A stretch of 64,000 bases of DNA from Cytophagales bacterium (lineage in GTDB: Bacteria; Bacteroidota; Bacteroidia; Cytophagales; CCMP332), in contig OZ245737.1 in assembly GCA_965227315.1 (NCBI GenBank), positions 859,517-923,516 of the forward strand, given 5' to 3'. Below are positions 62,748 through 64,000 of the stretch, in pieces; position 1 is the first letter of the stretch; each line of letters opens with the position of its first letter. Made by a program: the position numbers and the translations under genes. The notes under the pieces were generated by a model. That model saw only the letters and a list, made by a program, of their open reading frames with translations. It did not search any database and was not told the DNA's origin.

Positions 62748-63665
62748 TTGCCCGAAATTTCACCTTCCTTGAAGCGTACATCACGGATTAAGAAAAAGAT
62801 CAGACTTGGACAGTTCCCAAGCACCAATGTGGTCGTCACCATGACCTTCGCATTGATGATGCTCGGTGCCTTTGGGCTCCTTGTCGTTCATGCCCGCAAG
62901 TTGGAAGGGGTCATCAAAAACCAACTTGAGGTCCAGCTTTTCCTCAAAAAGAACCTCCCTCAAAACCAGATAGACCAGGTTCGCCAGGTAATTGCCAGCA
63001 AACCATTCGTCTTGAAAAAAGATGGAAAACCCCAGATCAGTTTCATCTCCAAAGAGGAAGCAGCAGAAAAATTCATCGCCGAAACCGGGGAGGATTTCAC
63101 TCAGTTTTTGGGAGAAAATCCTCTTCGGGATTCCTATTCGATCCGGATCAAGGAAGAAAACCTGGAAAGCGATAACCTGTTGAGGATCAAAAAACAACTG
63201 GAGGAAATACCAGGGATTTTTGAGGTTTCATATACCGAAGACCTGATCGACAACGTTGATACCAATATTCAAAAAGCTGGAATTGTACTTTCGGGGATCT
63301 TCCTCATTATGCTGATCAGCAGTATTATGCTCATCAATAATTCGATCAAGTTGGCCCTTTTTTCCCAACGCTTCCTGATCCGCTCCATGCAACTGGTAGG
63401 CGCAAAATCCCTGTTTATACAGCGGCCGTACATCGCCAGAGGAACCATCCAGGGCCTAACATCAGGACTGATCGCCTGTATTGTGTTAAGCCTGCTTCTC
63501 CATTCGGCTTATGACCGCATCGAGGACTTGAGAATGCTTCATGATGCTCAAATGGTAGGAATAGTGTACGGTAGTCTGATCATCATCGGTATACTCGTGG
63601 GGTTGATCAGCTCTATGCGATCGGTAAGAAAATATTTAAAACTAAGTTTAGACGAACTCTATTAA
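62748..63665 (+). CDS. ftsX: Cell division protein FtsX-like permease
   Basis: A basic N-terminus, TM1 (VVVTMTFALMMLGAFGLLVVH), a periplasmic domain and a 3-TM FtsX block. The gene order ftsX-DUF3098-uppP is present. The start is uncertain (TTG at 62748 or 62769). Confidence 0.7.
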   Translation: MPEISPSLKRTSRIKKKIRLGQFPSTNVVVTMTFALMMLGAFGLLVVHARKLEGVIKNQLEVQLFLKKNLPQNQIDQVRQVIASKPFVLKKDGKPQISFISKEEAAEKFIAETGEDFTQFLGENPLRDSYSIRIKEENLESDNLLRIKKQLEEIPGIFEVSYTEDLIDNVDTNIQKAGIVLSGIFLIMLISSIMLINNSIKLALFSQRFLIRSMQLVGAKSLFIQRPYIARGTIQGLTSGLIACIVLSLLLHSAYDRIEDLRMLHDAQMVGIVYGSLIIIGILVGLISSMRSVRKYLKLSLDELY

Positions 63666-63666
63666 C

Positions 63667-63891
63667 ATGTCGAAAAAAAGCACCTTGCCTTTCGGTAAGA
63701 AAAATTATCAGCTAATGATCCTCGGGATCGTGGTGATCCTCATTGGGTTTATCCTGATGAGTCTTGATGGTCAGGATTTCGGTTTTGGATTTCTAGGGCT
63801 GACCCTTGGCCCCTTGGTTGTTTTCGCCGGATTCGTGATCGGCTTCTTCGCAATCCTGAAAAAACCGGAAGAAGCAGGTGACGATAATTGA
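63667..63891 (+). CDS. DUF3098-like small two-TM membrane protein
   Basis: 74 aa, [32 protein letters not shown], located between ftsX and uppP. Confidence 0.55.
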   Translation: MSKKSTLPFGKKNYQLMILGIVVILIGFILMSLDGQDFGFGFLGLTLGPLVVFAGFVIGFFAILKKPEEAGDDN

Positions 63892-64000
63892 GGCCATTAT
63901 CCTTGGCCTCATCCAGGGATTAACGGAATTCCTACCCGTAAGCAGTAGCGGACATCTGGAGATCGCAAAATATCTCCTCGGGTCCAGTCAACTGCCAGAG
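63878..64000 (+). CDS. uppP: Undecaprenyl-diphosphate phosphatase, N-terminal fragment (continues beyond the window)
   Basis: The translation (V)[34 protein letters not shown] contains the UppP/BacA signature [13 protein letters not shown]. The GTG start at 63878 is tentative. Confidence 0.85.
   Translation, partial: MTIIEAIILGLIQGLTEFLPVSSSGHLEIAKYLLGSSQLPE

Overview
This is a chromosomal segment from a Bacteroidota-type genome. The evidence is T9SS type A and type B C-terminal sorting domains, a PorP/SprF gene, DUF4199/DUF3098-like small membrane proteins, an FtsX-DUF3098-UppP gene order and BatA-N proteins. I saw no rRNA, tRNA, CRISPR array, transposase or integrase. Both flanks (1-19.3 kb and 53.6-64 kb) are ordinary housekeeping genes: an LpxL-like acyltransferase fragment, an OMP/Omp85 pair, a MacB-type permease, GT2, a degenerate dihydroorotase-like protein, miaA, an NFACT protein, gatC, an ABC ATPase, a PduO-type adenosyltransferase, ilvE, prfB with its +1 recoding site, an ECF sigma/anti-sigma pair, ftsX and uppP. 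The centre (19.4-53.6 kb, all minus strand) is an operon-like type IX secretion cargo island of about 34 kb. It encodes, in order, a 603-aa secreted protein, a 421-aa type A CTD protein, a giant adhesin reading frame of 24.7 kb, a PorP/SprF gene that abuts it, and two PorE-like peptidoglycan-anchoring paralogs (TPR, PD40 propeller, CarboxypepD_reg-like, OmpA), one with three extra LysM domains. The giant frame is called as two ORFs of 7010 aa and 1215 aa. They look like one gene of about 8230 aa broken by a single-base frameshift inside a repeat module: only the first ORF has the signal peptide and only the second has the type B CTD. The giant gene contains 14 near-identical in-frame 258-bp repeats in two arrays (9 and 5 copies). 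These sit inside a 25-module array and fall into two sequence subtypes that differ almost only at synonymous sites. The gene also has two duplicated parallel beta-helix segments, two LamG-like lectin domains, and an N-terminal domain shared with the neighbouring 421-aa gene. All product calls rest on motifs read by eye in the supplied translations; no database search was run.
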